A stretch of 64,000 bases of DNA from Histomonas meleagridis 2922-C6/04-290x (lineage: Eukaryota > Protista > Parabasalia): positions 62,001 through 126,000 of the forward strand of contig JAANOX010000081.1 in NCBI GenBank assembly GCA_020184695.1, written 5' to 3'. The position numbers and the translations under genes are program-made. Below are positions 63,401 through 64,000 of this stretch, in pieces; the stretch's first letter is position 1; each line of letters begins with the position of its first letter. Below the pieces are notes generated by a model that saw only the letters and a list, made by a program, of their open reading frames with translations, was not told the origin of the DNA and ran no database searches.

Positions 63401-64000
63401 GTAATACTTTGATTTTTTCGTTTTTGTTGATTTTATTATTAATGAATGAGAAAAATGTTTGTCGAAGTCTTTTTGGTGATAGTTGCTGAACTTGCGCGAT
63501 CCCAGTGTCGTTATGATAAATACTAGTTTCATCATAAGTTGGAGGAATAGAAGTGTTAAATGAATTTTGTGAATTTTTTACGTTATATTCCATTGAGTAT
63601 TTGAAAGGTCGCATTTCGATTCCAAAACCATTAAGTGGTTGTTTTCTATTAGTGGTACTGGGCGTTGTAGGACGAATTACACATTCATCACTCTTGATTT
63701 TGAACGATTTTGAAAAATCAATGAATTGATGACACGAAAATTGTGGTTCAAATTCATATTGAACATGTTCTTTTGCATTTTTTGTTTTACGATAAAATTC
63801 GATTCTAGGTGAAAAGTAATGAAAATTTAGTAGATATTTTAAAAATGATAATTGAAATTCTGTAAGACACCCTGAATATAATTCACTAACTTCTGCTGTA
63901 CCTTCAGGAATTTTTTTCAGATTCTTGATGGTTGAAATAAGACAAGAATATTTTTCTGGATAAAATTCATTAAAAAAATTAATTGATTCAGAAAAAGAAT
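60426..64000 (-). CDS. UGGT: UDP-glucose:glycoprotein glucosyltransferase; 5' end lies beyond the window
   Basis: GT24 domain IHVFVVSSGHLYERL, KILFLDVLFPL, DSDQI, LANLDQDLPN, WLWCEAWC, TIDLCNNPLTK and C-terminal SDEL. The frame is open upstream of 63614 (GFGIEMRPFKYSMEY; FHYFSPRIEFY) to the edge. Confidence 0.95.
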   Translation of the reverse strand, partial: SFSESINFFNEFYPEKYSCLISTIKNLKKIPEGTAEVSELYSGCLTEFQLSFLKYLLNFHYFSPRIEFYRKTKNAKEHVQYEFEPQFSCHQFIDFSKSFKIKSDECVIRPTTPSTTNRKQPLNGFGIEMRPFKYSMEYNVKNSQNSFNTSIPPTYDETSIYHNDTGIAQVQQLSPKRLRQTFFSFINNKINKNEKIKVLRNISHNWPVSASVVSNTEIDYDLEAEIDEFNNDQIQAGENAFAMNGRLIPIETFDPFTFATILHEEITLRKTLEENFHLSNASIDFLTQLEFSNPKPVYDIRDGPIIWLNNLEKDKGYKKWQHKLTSLFGVLKNPPKIRKNLINIILIIDPSLKGDLDSLISVYKLITKGFAARFGVILSPNSSNQKSVKINGFINEVKSLSSLLSKISSKDYSNDIEECFSETYEEITQKKWNEYIPNSLEKQIEWYNKTGFKSPSLWVNGNLYEGYESLESIEYYAMEFVSFLREFLNPQFNGDVLDTIFSYSKTFTKKVFDLNENSPIAINLIKENQKKQKEFCEMLKSIKYIYEDKEFPLSTIWLYSLRNKEIIETKLKNYFNDNYKIPIRISFLDNINYIIPNKQIINNDYDALLIINGKIFPIKSNFEDFDQLIELQSISSQIISYFSTSRTLLFTKDINERDRKDLCLFWIILNLSFEINNIKRKHFHPNVFDIDNPCVLFNENKNSPISIECVLDPFSKEFQKVIGFLSYVENINLFSYKILLNPSNELTNIPNSFYRYNINNNCVFSYLNESIIYSLIPDIPETWLIEQHNAEIDLDNIFSKDLCDGTYNAEYLLSNIIIEGHNIESVGAQLALLENDKIISDTIIMRNKGYWQLKANPGTFRVKATNNFEILGKYSYINVASFVWKQISLNLYHFDKNISNIINNENDNKIHVFVVSSGHLYERLAKIMMLSVMKNTNLTVKFWLLGNFISPKFKKTLSLMTEIYNMEYEIVIYHWPYWLIHQTEKQRITWANKILFLDVLFPLTLNRIIYIDSDQIIRTNLNDLMKMNINNAPYAFTPFCDSRNETEPFRFWKNGYWKKHLNGKSYHISALFLVDLIQFRKTNAGDWLRFYYQLMANDKNSLANLDQDLPNYAQNKIPIFSLEQNWLWCEAWCSDETMNNAKTIDLCNNPLTKRPKLDIAKERIKEWPSLDKEAQEIEERAMKSKFSDEL

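Overview
AT-rich, gene-dense eukaryotic DNA, almost certainly from a parabasalid protist (Tritrichomonas/Trichomonas-like). The evidence is a BspA-type LRR surface protein, four DUF3447-type ankyrin loci, M3/M5/Inr-like core promoter motifs and no canonical spliceosomal introns that I could find. Housekeeping genes include RPL34, RPS26, RPL36, CDC23, an ORC4-like and a DBF4-like gene, ABCE1, UGGT, OSBP, Rab, UBX and a GLEBS nucleoporin-like gene. These are interleaved with decayed DNA transposons (Tc1-like, P-like, MITEs). The standout signal is in the ankyrin loci. After a long N-terminal ORF, every ankyrin repeat is encoded as an intact ~87-nt block. These blocks are separated, always at the same position in the repeat, by an AT-rich intervening sequence of nearly fixed length (period 170 nt, minor class ~153 nt). 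The spacers break the frame or contain stops, have no GT...AG/ACTAAC intron signals, and share a hairpin plus a (T)TTGGAA motif at a fixed distance from the next repeat. This suggests an undescribed non-canonical intron class or a translational-bypass system; that interpretation is inference and needs RNA or protein data.
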